This document shows positions 20,902 through 31,902 of a stretch of DNA of 64,000 nucleotides, in pieces. The notes under the pieces are model-generated. The model was not told the DNA's origin. It did not search any database and worked only from the letters and a program-made list of their open reading frames with translations. How positions within the stretch are numbered: the stretch's first letter is position 1; every line of letters starts with the position of its first letter. Source of the DNA: Naegleria gruberi (lineage: Eukaryota); the NCBI GenBank assembly GCA_000004985.1, contig GG738856.1. The stretch is one strand, 5' to 3'. Both the position numbers and the translations under genes were made by a program.

Positions 20902-23900
20902 TTAACAATCCATCAACTCTTTCAACTTGGGATAGAATCCCAATAATCCCTCAATATCAATATGGGTATGTAAATTAGTCTGTTCTCTTATAATACTAGT
21001 CTTATTCAATCGTTTCAGGAAATCTGCATTATATCTTAATTGATAATGGGCATGCATTAGACATGAAATGTTAATTTCCACACATTGAGTGATGAATTCC
21101 TCATTGCAACGTAATTCTAGAACAGCATATTGAAGGGCAGTTTTGTCGTGGCGAACAGCTTCCAGGACTAGCTCTCTATCACTCCGTATTTCAAATGATC
21201 CATATTGTAATGGATTATATCGTTTTCCATCTGGTGTCAATTTCACATTTTGAACTGTATTCCACATAATTTCTCTATCCTTCAAGAAACAACAAGTGGC
21301 AACAAATTGAATTGAATCTCCATCATTTTTGACAGCTGCCAATACAACCTCTCTGTCAAGCTTGAATTGGGGTGGAACATGATTCAATACCATTCCATTT
21401 GTTGTAACGGATTCCAAAACAAAGTCACGATCATTTTGTAACTCTTCACTCGCATATAGGAAAGGAATTGAATCAGTTTTCATGGCTTTCAGTAGTATTT
21501 CCTTGTTGTGTTTGAATTCATTTTTAAATTCATCAGAAATGTAAACTATTGATTTTCCATTACTTTCCAATGCCTTCAATATAATATCCCTATCACTTCT
21601 CCATTTGAGTGGAAGTAATAATAAATCAAACTCTTTAGGGGAAATTTCCATGATAAATTCCTTATCAATCAAATCGTATGGTACATATCCAATATTGTTC
21701 ATGCTATTATTAACGGCCTTGATAGCATGCTTTCTGTTTCTTTTTACAGAATCAGGAAAAAGAAGCAGTAAACTCTCATTTTCAATACTTTTCACAAATG
21801 TAGAATCATCAATTTTTTCCATCATTTCTTTCTGTGACGAAAGATGCTGTGTTAATTTTGTTGCTACAGCTTTTGTAAACAACTCCAAGTCATGCATCAA
21901 ATGCTCTGAAGCAAATCCCAGAGAAGTAGGTTCTGAACTAATGGCCTTCTCTACAATTTCCCTATCACTTTTCAACTGTTCTGATGCATGTTTCAGTAAA
22001 TATCCATTGAATGAGACAGCGTTCATGATAATTTCTCTATCTTGACACAGTTCTTTTGAAATAAACTCAATAATACAAGGACTAACCTTAGAAACCTTCA
22101 AAACGAAATCTCTATTACTTCTCAATCGCTCGCTTGCAAATGAGAAAAATTTATAACCAGAATTTGAACATGCAGCAGCCATAACAATCTCTTCATCATC
22201 TCTAAAATCGGAAGCAAACTCTAAATTATTAGATGATCGCTTACAAGCTTCATAAACAAGCTCTCTATCCAATATTTCTACAAAAATATGCTTTAGAGAA
22301 CAATACATTCTAATGGCAATCAATGCTAGTTCTCTGTCACTACGTAGATATTTGGAAGCATATTGAAACTCATCACCATTTTGTTGAATAGATGTTAGTA
22401 CTATCTCTCTATCGTTTTTAAAATCTTGGATAACATTACGAATAATACCTGAATTTTTCACGGATTCTAAAATGAGTTCTCTATCCTCTTTTAATTCATA
22501 ACCTATAAAGGGATAAATATCTGAGCATGAATGCCTTATTGCTGTCATTATAATTTCTCTATTGTTTCTAAATTTCTCTGGTATGTATTTTATCATGGAT
22601 CCATCTCGATTAATTATATCATCTATTAGCCCTCTATCACTCCTTAATTCTTCTGATAAAAACTCAAAATTTCCAGAATCATATAGTAAGGCCTTGGTTA
22701 CCAACTCTCTTTCAGAACATAGCTCTTTGGAAGCCTTTTTCAACGCATCAGGATAAATTCTTACCGCTCTTATAATTAATTCTCTATCATTACTTAAACT
22801 CTCAGGAATTAGATCAAGAACTTTTTCATTGTGTGGCAGTAAATCCATTAATAATTTCCTATTGTTATAAATATCTTCACGTCCAACCTTTTCAAGGCAA
22901 TCCGGATCTATTTCAATAAACTTCAAACAAAGATCGTTACCTATGTTTCCTTCCATTGTCATTGAAAAAAAATGACTATAATCTGTAAACTTTTGAATCA
23001 GCCTCATTCTGAAATCTTCATCTTGTGCCAAAGGATAGTTGCAATATCTGATATAAAGAAATACTTGATATGCTGATGATGCACAGTCGTAGATGAAATC
23101 AGGGTTATCTTTAAATCTATTTGATAAATTAGTAACGATGCTCAATTGTTTTTTGAGTGCTATTGAAACTATTTCATCATCCTCTCGGATGTTGATAGGT
23201 GCATATGATAATGAGTGTGGTGATGATTTTACAGCTTCTATGGCGATTTCTCTGTCCTGCTGGAGATTCATTGTTAAATAATTGTAGCAATTACCCTTCA
23301 ATTTAACCATTTCGAGAACAAACTCTCTATCACATTTGAGTTCTGTAGATGCAAAATCAAAAGATAATCCTGAAGTTCTAACAGCTGATGATATAATCTC
23401 TCTATCATTTAACAACTCCAAAGGGGCATACTTAATTGCCAAATAATAAGTTTTCACAGAAATTAATACCAACTCTCTATCAATCAAATGTTGTGGTACG
23501 AATTTAATGGATGATCCCTTCTTTTTAACAGCATCCAAAACAACCCCCCTATCATTCTTCAATCGTGGTGATGCAAACTCAAGAGAATTAATATAGCTCT
23601 TCACCATCTTCCTTACAATCATCTCATCATCATGAAACTTGTCAAGAAATTTAAAAAAACTACATGGGCTATTATATGTTCTATCCCTTGCAATCATGAT
23701 TATCCTCTCAACGAACTCTCTATTACTCCTCAATTCCTCGCTCACAAACTCTACAGCACTTGCATCAACTTTAACAGCTCTAAGAACAACTTTCTCATCA
23801 TTTCTCAAATTTTCGGATGCAAACTCCAACAATGAACCATCCTTTTGCAGTGCACGAAAAAAAGCTAGCTTGCAATCATTGTCAGGAAATGGATTTTGTT

Positions 23901-24171
23901 CAATGTATTTCCTATTGAATATTGGATCATGTTTCAATTGTTCGATGTGTTTATATATTTGTTCGTTCTTTTCGATTCTTGTGGAAGAAACTTGTTGAAA
24001 ATGGTTAAGTGCTAATAAATTACAATCGTGAGGATGATGATCGTAGGAAAACTTGTTGGTCAATTTATCAAAGGCTACAATCAGCAAATCAGTGAAGGAT
24101 AATTGATGCATTTTTTTCAGGTTGGAAATTGAACATTTTGTAAACTGGAATAACAGTTTAGTAACAAACAT
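20902..24171 (-). CDS. Large DUF4116-repeat protein with about 25 tandem 30-35 aa repeats.
   Basis: Repeats have the form DRE(I/L)VLxAVKxxGxxLxFASxELRxDREFV throughout, for example DREVVLAAVKNDGDSIQFV and DRELVLEAVRHDKTALQYA. This is the DUF4116 pattern known from kinetoplastids and other protists. It lies 20 nt downstream of the CobW-like gene. Confidence 0.65.
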   Translation of the reverse strand: MFVTKLLFQFTKCSISNLKKMHQLSFTDLLIVAFDKLTNKFSYDHHPHDCNLLALNHFQQVSSTRIEKNEQIYKHIEQLKHDPIFNRKYIEQNPFPDNDCKLAFFRALQKDGSLLEFASENLRNDEKVVLRAVKVDASAVEFVSEELRSNREFVERIIMIARDRTYNSPCSFFKFLDKFHDDEMIVRKMVKSYINSLEFASPRLKNDRGVVLDAVKKKGSSIKFVPQHLIDRELVLISVKTYYLAIKYAPLELLNDREIISSAVRTSGLSFDFASTELKCDREFVLEMVKLKGNCYNYLTMNLQQDREIAIEAVKSSPHSLSYAPINIREDDEIVSIALKKQLSIVTNLSNRFKDNPDFIYDCASSAYQVFLYIRYCNYPLAQDEDFRMRLIQKFTDYSHFFSMTMEGNIGNDLCLKFIEIDPDCLEKVGREDIYNNRKLLMDLLPHNEKVLDLIPESLSNDRELIIRAVRIYPDALKKASKELCSERELVTKALLYDSGNFEFLSEELRSDRGLIDDIINRDGSMIKYIPEKFRNNREIIMTAIRHSCSDIYPFIGYELKEDRELILESVKNSGIIRNVIQDFKNDREIVLTSIQQNGDEFQYASKYLRSDRELALIAIRMYCSLKHIFVEILDRELVYEACKRSSNNLEFASDFRDDEEIVMAAACSNSGYKFFSFASERLRSNRDFVLKVSKVSPCIIEFISKELCQDREIIMNAVSFNGYLLKHASEQLKSDREIVEKAISSEPTSLGFASEHLMHDLELFTKAVATKLTQHLSSQKEMMEKIDDSTFVKSIENESLLLLFPDSVKRNRKHAIKAVNNSMNNIGYVPYDLIDKEFIMEISPKEFDLLLLPLKWRSDRDIILKALESNGKSIVYISDEFKNEFKHNKEILLKAMKTDSIPFLYASEELQNDRDFVLESVTTNGMVLNHVPPQFKLDREVVLAAVKNDGDSIQFVATCCFLKDREIMWNTVQNVKLTPDGKRYNPLQYGSFEIRSDRELVLEAVRHDKTALQYAVLELRCNEEFITQCVEINISCLMHAHYQLRYNADFLKRLNKTSIIREQTNLHTHIDIEGLLGFYPKLKELMDC

Positions 24172-24191
24172 TTAGAGTGTAACATGGAAGT

Positions 24192-25409
24192 TTATTGTTT
24201 CAAACATGCGTTGAAACCTTCATTTAATTCTTCATGATCCAAATATTTACCAATGAAAACAAGCTTGTTTGTTGTGTCATTATTCTTCCATTCACCAAAG
24301 AATCTCATATCTAAAAGACTGTGAACAGCTTGAACAACGAGAGGTTTTGCTTCTCCTACATTGAGGAATCCCTTAGTTCTATAAATGTCCAATCCTCGTT
24401 CAGTCAACAAGTCCAACAACCAATCCTCAAACTTTTCCTTATCAACAACACCAGGTTTGACAATGGCATATGAAGTGACCTCAGCATCATGATGGTCATG
24501 CTTGTGGTGGTGATCATGTTCTTCTTCATGTTGATGTTCATCCATTTCCTTCAACAAGTTTGGATCCATATTCAAAACTCTATCAATGTCAAATGCACGA
24601 ATATTCAAAATAAAAGACAAGTCAATCTTGGAATGGCTAGTTTCACAAATTGGTGACAAACCATTAATCTTTCTAATCTTTTTCAGAACCTTCTTCTTGG
24701 TATCTTCATCAATGAGGTCAACTTTGTTTACAATAATTCTATCAGCAAAGGCAACTTGATCTTCAGCTTCATTTTCTTCCTCTTCTTCTTCTTCTTCCTC
24801 TTCGCCATGTTTCTTTTCATGATGATGGTGATGTAAATGTTGAATAATATGCTTGCTGTCAACCACTGTAACAATACCATCAAGATAATATTCATTTCTC
24901 ACTTGTTCATCAAGATAGAAAGTTTGAACAATAGGACCCGGTAAAGCCAAACCAGTAGTTTCAATGCAAATATAATCAAACTTGTCCTTCTTTTGTGATA
25001 ACTTGGTCAAGGCTCCGATCAAGTCTCCTCTCAATGTACAACACAAACATCCATTACTCAATTCAACAACTTCTTCCTTTGATGTAACAATAAGAGCATC
25101 ATCAATCGATACTTCACCAAATTCATTTTCAATAATTGCAATTCTATATCCATGATTTTGAGAGAGAATATAATTCAATAATGTTGATTTACCTGCTCCC
25201 AAAAAACCAGTCAAGACTGTAACTGGAAGCTTCTTTGGTTTAGCTTGAGTAACAATAGGTTGTTGTGTAGCTGATTCCGATGATGATGTAGTTTGTTCTA
25301 GGTCGTTTGGTTTTTGCATCTTGTTGGCTGGTTCTTCAAGAGTTTGATGACTTGTATCGTTGTTGCTTCTTGTTGTTTGTTCTTCTTCTTCGTGTTGTCT
25401 CTTGGACAT
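24192..25409 (-). CDS. COG0523/CobW-family GTPase (ZNG1/CBWD-like metallochaperone) with poly-His and poly-Glu metal-binding stretches.
   Basis: The P-loop is TGFLGAGKSTLLNYIL. The CxCC motif is GCLCCT. Segments HHHHHEKKHGEEEEEEEEE and EHDHHHKHDHHD are typical of COG0523 proteins. Confidence 0.75.
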   Translation of the reverse strand: MSKRQHEEEEQTTRSNNDTSHQTLEEPANKMQKPNDLEQTTSSSESATQQPIVTQAKPKKLPVTVLTGFLGAGKSTLLNYILSQNHGYRIAIIENEFGEVSIDDALIVTSKEEVVELSNGCLCCTLRGDLIGALTKLSQKKDKFDYICIETTGLALPGPIVQTFYLDEQVRNEYYLDGIVTVVDSKHIIQHLHHHHHEKKHGEEEEEEEEEENEAEDQVAFADRIIVNKVDLIDEDTKKKVLKKIRKINGLSPICETSHSKIDLSFILNIRAFDIDRVLNMDPNLLKEMDEHQHEEEHDHHHKHDHHDAEVTSYAIVKPGVVDKEKFEDWLLDLLTERGLDIYRTKGFLNVGEAKPLVVQAVHSLLDMRFFGEWKNNDTTNKLVFIGKYLDHEELNEGFNACLKQ

Positions 25410-25987
25410 GAGAGCGACAAATTTTTATTTTTTAACCAATTATTTTCCAATCAAATTTGGAGAAGGGGCGTAATTGGTTTAAAAATAACAGCAGTGGGTA
25501 TTTTAAACTGCTGGTTCAGTGGCTTTATTGATGAGGAGGCGGGCAAATATTGAATAATATTTTGAATTTTTATTATTTAATGCCTGTGTGGTTTGTCTTT
25601 TTTGAAGAGGTGCTTTTTGAAAGACAATTGCAGATGCCATACAAGATTTGTAATCATCCATTTTCAAAAGGGTTCCGAGTTCTATTGTAGAGAAGGTTAT
25701 GAATCATTATTGAAAGCTCTCTTGCGTTCATTTCCGTTATTCTAAGATTTTTCATTGTTATTAATAGATCTCTTTAGATAAAAAATTTTTCTCTAAACAA
25801 CTGCCATCCGCTACAACGCGCTGCTACTTTTCCCCAAACACATCTCTACACAGCAAACGTACACGATTTAATCTATCGGATACAATTATTGTGTTATTAC
25901 CAACCACCCAACAACAACAACAAACTACAAAACCTCATCTATTTTATATATATAATTTTTAAAACCTCCTCCTACCAAATTATAACA

Positions 25988-27244
25988 ATGATTTCCAACA
26001 CCCAATTAAATACCTCTCAAAATATTCTTGATGATGAAGATTTCCTCTCTAACTATGCTGATGATTTCCTATTTGATGATATTACCACTTCTGACGATCA
26101 ACAACAACAACAAACTAATGAACAACAAAACACCAACAATAAGAATCTTATTGTTGTTTTAAAACAAGCTAAAGGAAGAGATGACCAATTTGAATCAGTC
26201 TTTCCTCCATCCCTATTGTGCCATCCATACAAGTATGATTTAAAGGTCACTGGAGAATTAGAAAACAACCAACAAGCTAAATTAAATTTGAATCTTGTTG
26301 ATGCTGAAACCCTAACTGTACCAAATGTTACTCTTCCAAATAAGAAGATTGTTGAAGGTGTTTCTGTTGAACAAATTGAAGAAGTTGGTCCTAATGAAAG
26401 AATTATCCGTTTCACTTTTAATTTGTGTTCTTTCCACTTTAAGAGAAGACCTTTCAAGTTAGAATTGACCCAAGTTATTGGAACCACTTCAAAGAGATTA
26501 TTCTTGAGTAATTCATTCCAAACATTTGCCAGACGTAGAGAACATCACCAAAGTTTCAACAGTACCAAGACTTCCAACAGTGATAAACAACAAACTCAAT
26601 CCAATGCTCCACTCACCCCAGATTCTAGTAGTAATAGTAGCAATAGTACATTGATGCAATCACCAAAGATGGAGAAGAAGGGTGTTAAACGTTCAATTTC
26701 ATCTGTTTCTACAACTCATTATCCAATTAATAAGACTCGTAACGTTGCCCCTACTTCACCAAGCTCATCAATGGGATCTCCAACTATTCTCAATCCACAC
26801 TTTGCTGCTCAATTCCCAATTGTTTATCCTGCAATGTATCATCCAGATATGAGTCAACAATTTGCTTTGCAATATGCTCCAAAGATGCAAATGCCACTCT
26901 TTGTTCCACCACAATGGGCTGCTTATCCAACTAATACAATGGTCTTTGGTTCTCCACACACTTCTCCAGTTTCCCCACCATCAAATGCTATTCCACAACA
27001 AGAAAAGTCAAACGATATTTTGGGTACTCTTATTACTGGAGATTGTTCTGACAAAAAGGCCTACATGAAGAAGGAACAAAAGATTATTCACCATACTCCA
27101 CTTAATTTTGTTCACGCTATTCCAACAGCCCCTGTGATGGAAACATCTGAAAGAGCATCTATTGCAATTCAATTCCTTCAATCATTGACTCCTGTTGAAA
27201 GACAAACCGTCTCAATGTTCATGCATGGTTCTCAAGCTCTTTAA
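25988..27244 (+). CDS. Hypothetical protein, low complexity (Gln/Asn/Ser-rich), with no recognised domain.
   Basis: A long ORF with its first ATG at 25988 (MISNTQLN). It shares a divergent promoter region with the CobW-like gene. Confidence 0.45.
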   Translation: MISNTQLNTSQNILDDEDFLSNYADDFLFDDITTSDDQQQQQTNEQQNTNNKNLIVVLKQAKGRDDQFESVFPPSLLCHPYKYDLKVTGELENNQQAKLNLNLVDAETLTVPNVTLPNKKIVEGVSVEQIEEVGPNERIIRFTFNLCSFHFKRRPFKLELTQVIGTTSKRLFLSNSFQTFARRREHHQSFNSTKTSNSDKQQTQSNAPLTPDSSSNSSNSTLMQSPKMEKKGVKRSISSVSTTHYPINKTRNVAPTSPSSSMGSPTILNPHFAAQFPIVYPAMYHPDMSQQFALQYAPKMQMPLFVPPQWAAYPTNTMVFGSPHTSPVSPPSNAIPQQEKSNDILGTLITGDCSDKKAYMKKEQKIIHHTPLNFVHAIPTAPVMETSERASIAIQFLQSLTPVERQTVSMFMHGSQAL

Positions 27245-27773
27245 CTTGTACAAAATCTAACTTTTCAAATATAATCATCACTCCCAACCATTGAGAGATT
27301 ACTAACAGAAGAAAGAGAGGTGTCTTCTACAGTAATACCATCATTGTTTCCCTTCCCTTTATATATTTTTAATATTATCCATTTATTTATATTTATATAT
27401 TTGGGATATCTATGAATGGACTCTTCTGGTTGCTCCTTCCAATCATTTTATTTTCCTCAATACAAGTCTCCTTCTCCCCTTTGTTGAGAAATGAGAGACA
27501 TGTTAATGAGTAGAGAATTTAATGAAGATGAGAGTTCAACCAAAATTGAGACCTTCATAGTGATTCCCTCCTTTTATATACCATTTAAAGCAGTAGTTGT
27601 TAGTAGCAAAGAGAATGAACCAATAAAAGATTTAGTATTGGCTTTGTTTAATCATTATTTAACTGTTCATCTTTTTGATCCTCCATCGTATCACTCGTCA
27701 GTGCTTTTAAGTGATACGCCACAATTCATCAACAGAATTTGTTCTGACATTTGAATTTACAGCAATAAAAAAA

Positions 27774-28577
27774 ATGTCAACCAACAATCAGAGAAATAGT
27801 AGTGGCAGTTTCTCATTGTTTCCTTCATCATCGGCTACAGTGGTGGTGGTGATTGCAAGCATTTTACTCTTCTTCCAATGTTTTACAATTCTTGGTCAAC
27901 AAGCTAAACCTGATGGATCAAAATTGAAACTCTTCACCTCCTATCACACTGCTTCTCTCGGAGCTGGAGCTCTCTTATACAAAGTAATTATCAAACATTA
28001 TATGTTTTAATTTAATAATGACTGTCAAATTATTTGATGATTTTTGACGAATTTGTGATGGAATTTGATGATTCATTGAAATAATAGCAATTTTCATCTG
28101 GAGTTTATTTAACATATGAAGCAGAATGTTCAACTAGACCTTGTGATGTTCTCTTGATCAAGTCAACTGAAGAATTCTATCAATGGAGAAGTAATTATTA
28201 CAATGAAACATTTACTGTTCCTGGACATATCAATTATGCAACAAGTTATGTGGCCAAGGAAAATTATCCAACTACAACCAATGTTGTTTTGGTGGTATGT
28301 TTAATTTCTTTACAATATTCTTTACAAAATTTTACAAAAATTGTGAAATTAGATTGCCAATCCAAAGAATGCTTCTTCCAAATCAGATATTTGGTACAAT
28401 TACAAAACAGCTGATATTCCAGGATCTAATGGAGGAATGATTGCTGCCATTATCGTTGGTGTTTTGGGAGCTTTATGTTTGTGTTTGTGCTGTGTTGGTG
28501 TCTTGTTATGGTTGTGCAGATTGAGAGCCAATCCAAAGGATTACATTCCACAACAAGATTTACCAAGAGAATTTTAA
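27774..28577 (+). CDS. Predicted single-pass (type I-like) membrane protein in 3 exons: roughly 27774..27983, about 28138 or 28162..28293, and about 28352..28577.
   Basis: Exon 1 is MSTNNQ...SLGAGALLYK, 70 codons with a hydrophobic N-terminal segment, ending at a GTAATT donor. Exon 2 is ...STEEFYQWRSNYYNETFTVPGHINYATSYVAKENYPTTTNVVLV, ending at a GTATGT donor. Exon 3 encodes ..SDIWYNYKTADIPGSNGGMIAAIIVGVLGALCLCLCCVGVLLWLCRLRANPKDYIPQQDLPREF* (TM plus a short tail). The exact acceptor of intron 1 is ambiguous. There is a 1-nt inconsistency between the printed sequence and the ORF track in exon 3. Confidence 0.45.
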
Positions 28578-28838
28578 GATTTTCTTGGAATTTGTGATTT
28601 TATTAAATTTCAATTTGTTTGTAATTGATTATAGAATAGATTATTAGTGATTTTGAGGAGATTGGAATGAGATTGACGACTCTTAGTATTGGATTTTTAC
28701 AGTTAGTTGATTGGAAATATTGAGAATTTAAATTATTGGAAAATTGAGGAATAGATTTCGAATAGATATTGAAATAATGTTCGACAATTTGGAAATTGTG
28801 AGCAATATCAACTATCGATATTGAATATTTATTTCAAT

Positions 28839-29258
28839 TTAATGACAATTCTTTTTACGAATTTCTTTCAAAATTTTGATCAAATTGTTCAACTTTTTGA
28901 TTGCGTCATGATGTTTGGAATGTTTACAATATTTCAAGACCTTTCTAATATATCTTCTCAAACTCTTCAATTTCTTAATCTTCAATTTGATTGATTTCTT
29001 TAAAATCTTTTCGAGTTTCTTCTTTAACTTTGCATCTTTACAATTTCCAATTTTGGCAACTAATTTGTAAATGTGTTTACATTTGCTTCCCTTCTTAAAC
29101 TTTGAATTGAATTTCTTGACTGCACCTCCATGTGATGAACGATTTTTCTTGATGGACATGACTTGAGCTTGAAGAGTTTGTGCTTGACCGTTGACATTTG
29201 CAATGAAATAAATGCCAGCCATCAAGACTAGCAAAAACAAGAGAAGTGATTGTTTCAT
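28839..29258 (-). CDS. Small secreted, extremely lysine-rich basic protein with a signal peptide and 4 Cys.
   Basis: The start is MKQSLLLFLLVLMAGIYFIANVNG (signal peptide), followed by a K-rich body (KKLEKILKKSIKLKIKKLKSLRRYIRKVLKYCKH...). Confidence 0.5.
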   Translation of the reverse strand: MKQSLLLFLLVLMAGIYFIANVNGQAQTLQAQVMSIKKNRSSHGGAVKKFNSKFKKGSKCKHIYKLVAKIGNCKDAKLKKKLEKILKKSIKLKIKKLKSLRRYIRKVLKYCKHSKHHDAIKKLNNLIKILKEIRKKNCH

Positions 29259-29622
29259 TTTGTTTTGTTTTGATTATTGGAGAATTATTTGCAAAGAAGG
29301 AATTTAAAATACAAGATTTCGTCGACGAACAGTTTCTTCTCAACTGTCTTGCTATTAAAGTTGGTGTTTCAAATATCAATCTGCAATTGATCTTTGGTTG
29401 AAAGAAATTTGGAATCTGAAATGGATTACACGAACGAATGGAGAATTTACATCAAGAAGCAATAGTTTGGAAATACGAAACTATTTCAGAAAGTTACCTA
29501 AAGAATTCTTTCAATACAATTAAACAATGCCCAAACAATCAAGTGCATTCGAATCTCGTAAATATTAATAAAAGGGGTACATTTTGGACGTTTTCCATTA
29601 TTCGAAGTACTTTACTAAAAAA

Positions 29623-30078
29623 ATGTCAAAACACTTTAGTGACCTTCCTAGAGAGATTATGTTGGAAATTTTCACATTTTTATCATTACCTCATCTCGGA
29701 ACACTTTTATCTCTCAACAGATCAATTCATGATGAATTGGAAAATTCGTCTAATTTTTGGAGAAAGTTGTGGAATGGTTATTCGAAAGGCGTGGAACATT
29801 ATTCCATTCCACTTGATCTTTCCGATTCAATGAAGAAACAATTCGTGGTGCTCATCTCACATAAAAAACAAGACATTATTTTCATTAAAAATTCTATTCG
29901 AAGGTTGAGAAGAGACCTCGATGATTGTGAAGTAATGATAGAAATTGGATTTTCAGATCCGAATGATGAGATGATTGATAGTTATCGTGAGAAGGCAAAG
30001 GAAATTAAGAATGAAATAGATGAATGTCAAGCAAAATTAGAAATATTGAAAACTGACTCGGATAATTTTGGAAATTAA
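29623..30078 (+). CDS. F-box protein.
   Basis: The F-box motif is LPREIMLEIFTFLSLPHLGTLLSLNRSIHDELENSSNFWRKLW. The ATG sits in an aaaaaaATG context at 29623. Confidence 0.65.
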   Translation: MSKHFSDLPREIMLEIFTFLSLPHLGTLLSLNRSIHDELENSSNFWRKLWNGYSKGVEHYSIPLDLSDSMKKQFVVLISHKKQDIIFIKNSIRRLRRDLDDCEVMIEIGFSDPNDEMIDSYREKAKEIKNEIDECQAKLEILKTDSDNFGN

Positions 30079-30538
30079 AATTCTAATTTAGGAATGAATC
30101 AGGAAAATTAAATATTAATGCAATTATTGCATAATGATTTGTAGTTTTTGAAATTTTTACAAGAAATTCTGACTCTTTGAACACTAGATTCCTCCATTTC
30201 ATTATTAGATACTCAGAATTCCAATTTAAATTCAACCAAAAACTCATTAAGCAGCAACAACATTCCATAATCTAAACAATCAAATTATCGTATTCCAATT
30301 AAATAAGTTGTTTCATTTCCTGATCTCAGAGTTAGAATGATTTTCTATGTGGTCTGATATCAAACGAAACCAAAAAAAACAACAAATTAAAATCATCTAC
30401 TGCATGGATTGAAAGAAAAAAGAAGAAAATACTTTGTTCACATTCTAAATTACAATTTTGATCAGTAAAATATCATTTTCCTTTCACAATTCGTCTGTCA
30501 TTTGCCAAGAGCTCCAAATTTCAAAAAGCAAAAAAAAA

Positions 30539-31870
30539 ATGTCACTTGGCAACCAGCAAGATATTATCATTGTAGGAGGAGGTCCAGTTGGTCTGTGGAC
30601 AGCCAGTCAAATCAAATTATTAAATCCACAATTAAATATTCTAATTTTGGAAAAACATGAAAATTACAAAAGAAGTCATTTCGCATTCTTGGAAGCAAAT
30701 TCATTTGAATTGATGGCTGAGCATCCAAATTTGATGGATTTAAAGAATAGGTTGCAATCGGATAAGAAAATCAAGACAAGTGAATTGGAAGAAACTTTAT
30801 TCGAATTGTGTAATCAACTTGGTGTGCAAATAATTAAAGGATTTCCGGTTGAGTGTGGTAAAGAAATTGAAGCAAATTTTCCTGGAGTTCAATTAATTAT
30901 TGGTGCAGATGGTGCTCACAGTACTATTCGAAAGACAGTTTGTTCTGGGTTATTAGAAAGTGAAATTTTTAAATATTCGAATCATTTTCACACTCTCATG
31001 GAGGTGAAATATCAAGCTATTGGCGAAACTAAACCAATGGATATGATCAATATCGGCTATCCACTCATGAAACACATTGGAGTAGTTGTGAATGAAATTA
31101 TTGGAAAGCAAAACGAAAGTGGAAATAGTCCAATAACTTTACAATTTTTTGTGAATGAAAATATTGGAGAATCAATCAAGAATGCAACATTTAAGAATCC
31201 AATTCAATTCCACTCCATGAAAGAAACTCTTCCAAATCAAATTCGAGCAATAATTGAATTTTGGTTGGCAGCTCGTTTCCAATATTATGCAGAGAAACAT
31301 GTCGAAAGTTCTGTAACTATTACAAGCACCAAATTGGGATCTTATGCAAGTAGATATTATGTGAGAAATTTTGGAACGAAAGCAATTTATTGTTTGGTTG
31401 GAGATGCTGCTTTTGGAATGCCTTTTTTTAGAAGTTTAAATAATGGACTATTGTGCGCAACTATTCTAGCTCAATGTGTTGTGAAACATTTTGAGGGAAA
31501 AGATTATCAATTTGCATTCTCTTTGGAAGGTGTTGTGAATTCTCTTGTTGGTGGAACGAAACAATTTCTTGGACTTTCGAATATTCCATACGAAGGTGAA
31601 CATATTTCTCAACCTCTAATCAAATATGCAAGTTATGCAATGAATTTGGAAGAATCACAATTGAAAATAGCAAGAGCAAAAAGTATTGGATTGAAAACTT
31701 TCCAAACTTGGACCAAAATTAGTGCAATTGTTCCTTGGCAAGTGAATAAGCTCAGACCAGAACAATTGGAGGAAGTTAGGACAGCCATTGGAATATTTAG
31801 TAGTGAGGATGATAGAGAAATGTATGATGATATTGTGGAAGATGGATTTGTTCTTGTGGAAAAATTGTAA
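30539..31870 (+). CDS. FAD-dependent monooxygenase (flavoprotein aromatic hydroxylase family).
   Basis: The dinucleotide-binding motif is IIIVGGGPVGLWTA. GADGAHSTIR is the GADGxxSxxR motif. GDAAFGMPFF is the GDAAH-like FAD motif. Confidence 0.7.
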   Translation: MSLGNQQDIIIVGGGPVGLWTASQIKLLNPQLNILILEKHENYKRSHFAFLEANSFELMAEHPNLMDLKNRLQSDKKIKTSELEETLFELCNQLGVQIIKGFPVECGKEIEANFPGVQLIIGADGAHSTIRKTVCSGLLESEIFKYSNHFHTLMEVKYQAIGETKPMDMINIGYPLMKHIGVVVNEIIGKQNESGNSPITLQFFVNENIGESIKNATFKNPIQFHSMKETLPNQIRAIIEFWLAARFQYYAEKHVESSVTITSTKLGSYASRYYVRNFGTKAIYCLVGDAAFGMPFFRSLNNGLLCATILAQCVVKHFEGKDYQFAFSLEGVVNSLVGGTKQFLGLSNIPYEGEHISQPLIKYASYAMNLEESQLKIARAKSIGLKTFQTWTKISAIVPWQVNKLRPEQLEEVRTAIGIFSSEDDREMYDDIVEDGFVLVEKL

Positions 31871-31902
31871 ATTTGATCAATTTTAAAATTCACAATAAAA
31901 AA

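Noticed and set aside
21605-22045. Antisense or overlapping ORFs inside large genes (for example 21605..22045, 42469..42984, 6500..6718, 9182..9436, 54612..54809).
   Set aside because: They lie opposite or within well-supported longer genes, have skewed low-complexity composition, and carry no motifs. They are shadow ORFs of AT-rich coding sequence.
28150-28414. Apparent 1-nt discrepancy: the ORF-track translation (..ECFFQIRYLVQLQNS) implies ccaaatcag, but the printed sequence reads ccaaaatcag.
   Set aside because: It cannot be resolved without the underlying file. It may be my own miscount. It is flagged only as a reason for plus-or-minus 1 nt uncertainty in the exon coordinates of the 27774-28577 gene, not as a biological signal.
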